63,805 bases of DNA from Harriotta raleighana (lineage: Eukaryota), in the NCBI GenBank assembly GCA_050575255.1, contig JBNZDD010013729.1:610591-674395 (forward strand), read 5' to 3'. Positions 63,248 to 63,805 of the stretch are shown here, in pieces. Made by a program: the position numbers and the translations under genes. Positions within the stretch are counted from its first letter, which is position 1, and each line of letters starts with the position of its first letter. The notes under the pieces were generated by a model. The model saw only the letters and a program-made list of their open reading frames with translations, made no database searches and was not told the DNA's origin.

Positions 63248-63805
63248 AACGAAGAGAGACTTGGCTTAAAACTTCTTCTCTGGTCCCATAATTATTGGAA
63301 ACCATTTTGTTTACAGGTCATATAGCGTTGTGGTGTGTGTTTACAGTATAAGCACACTGTGCTTACACATCTTAAAGTAGAAAAAAGACCTGGAATGTGC
63401 AACATAGTTTTATCATTGTAATATAGCATATATTCTTAGAAATACTTAATATCCTTTTTATATTTTAATAGTTAACTAAATTTAATCTTAAAGTGATTTG
63501 AAGATGTCTCTTCAAATGACTGGGTTTGACAGATTGAGAAGCTTGGTGATTGTAGAGTTAAATATCTTATGCTGGTTATTATGCCGATTTGTTATGCTCA
63601 TATGGGACACGTTTTTAACCTGAATATTGTTACAGATTACTAAATCCTATGCAAGTAGTCCCTATTCCAGTATCAGCCGATACAACAGGGATAAAATGCA
63701 GGGATGAACTATCGATTGGGAAGTAATTATATCTGCACACCTATGACCTAGACAAGGCCCTGCGCCAATCACAGATTACTGGCACCCTTCCCACAAGGCA
63801 ATGAG

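Overview
Eukaryotic, vertebrate genomic DNA, mostly intronic or intergenic. The repeat content suggests a cartilaginous fish, possibly a chimaera; this is an inference. That content comprises an abundant tRNA-headed SINE with a Deu-like core and L2-type tail, SacSINE1/AmnSINE1-like, AmnSINE2-like and LF-SINE-like relics, CR1, L2 and Penelope fragments, and hAT and Tigger-type MITEs. Almost all ORFs in the track are noise or decayed retroelements. Two minus-strand genes are partly visible from splice signals only, and I could not name either. (1) The 3' end of a gene entering from the right: a 120-nt cassette exon (48888-49007), a terminal exon coding 48 aa (47888-48034) and a ~1 kb repeat-free 3'UTR with AATAAA at 46939. 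(2) The probable 5' end of a gene running towards the left edge, with candidate exons at ~9093-9300, 5532-5687 and 4031-4388. The best leads are a cassette exon that in phase 0 gives a CaaX end (CKTQ*) or acts as a poison exon, several local inverted duplications, an internally deleted L2 element and SINE subfamily variants. Five single Ns mark assembly joins, with artefactual duplications and a poly-G run. I see no convincing new multi-gene system.
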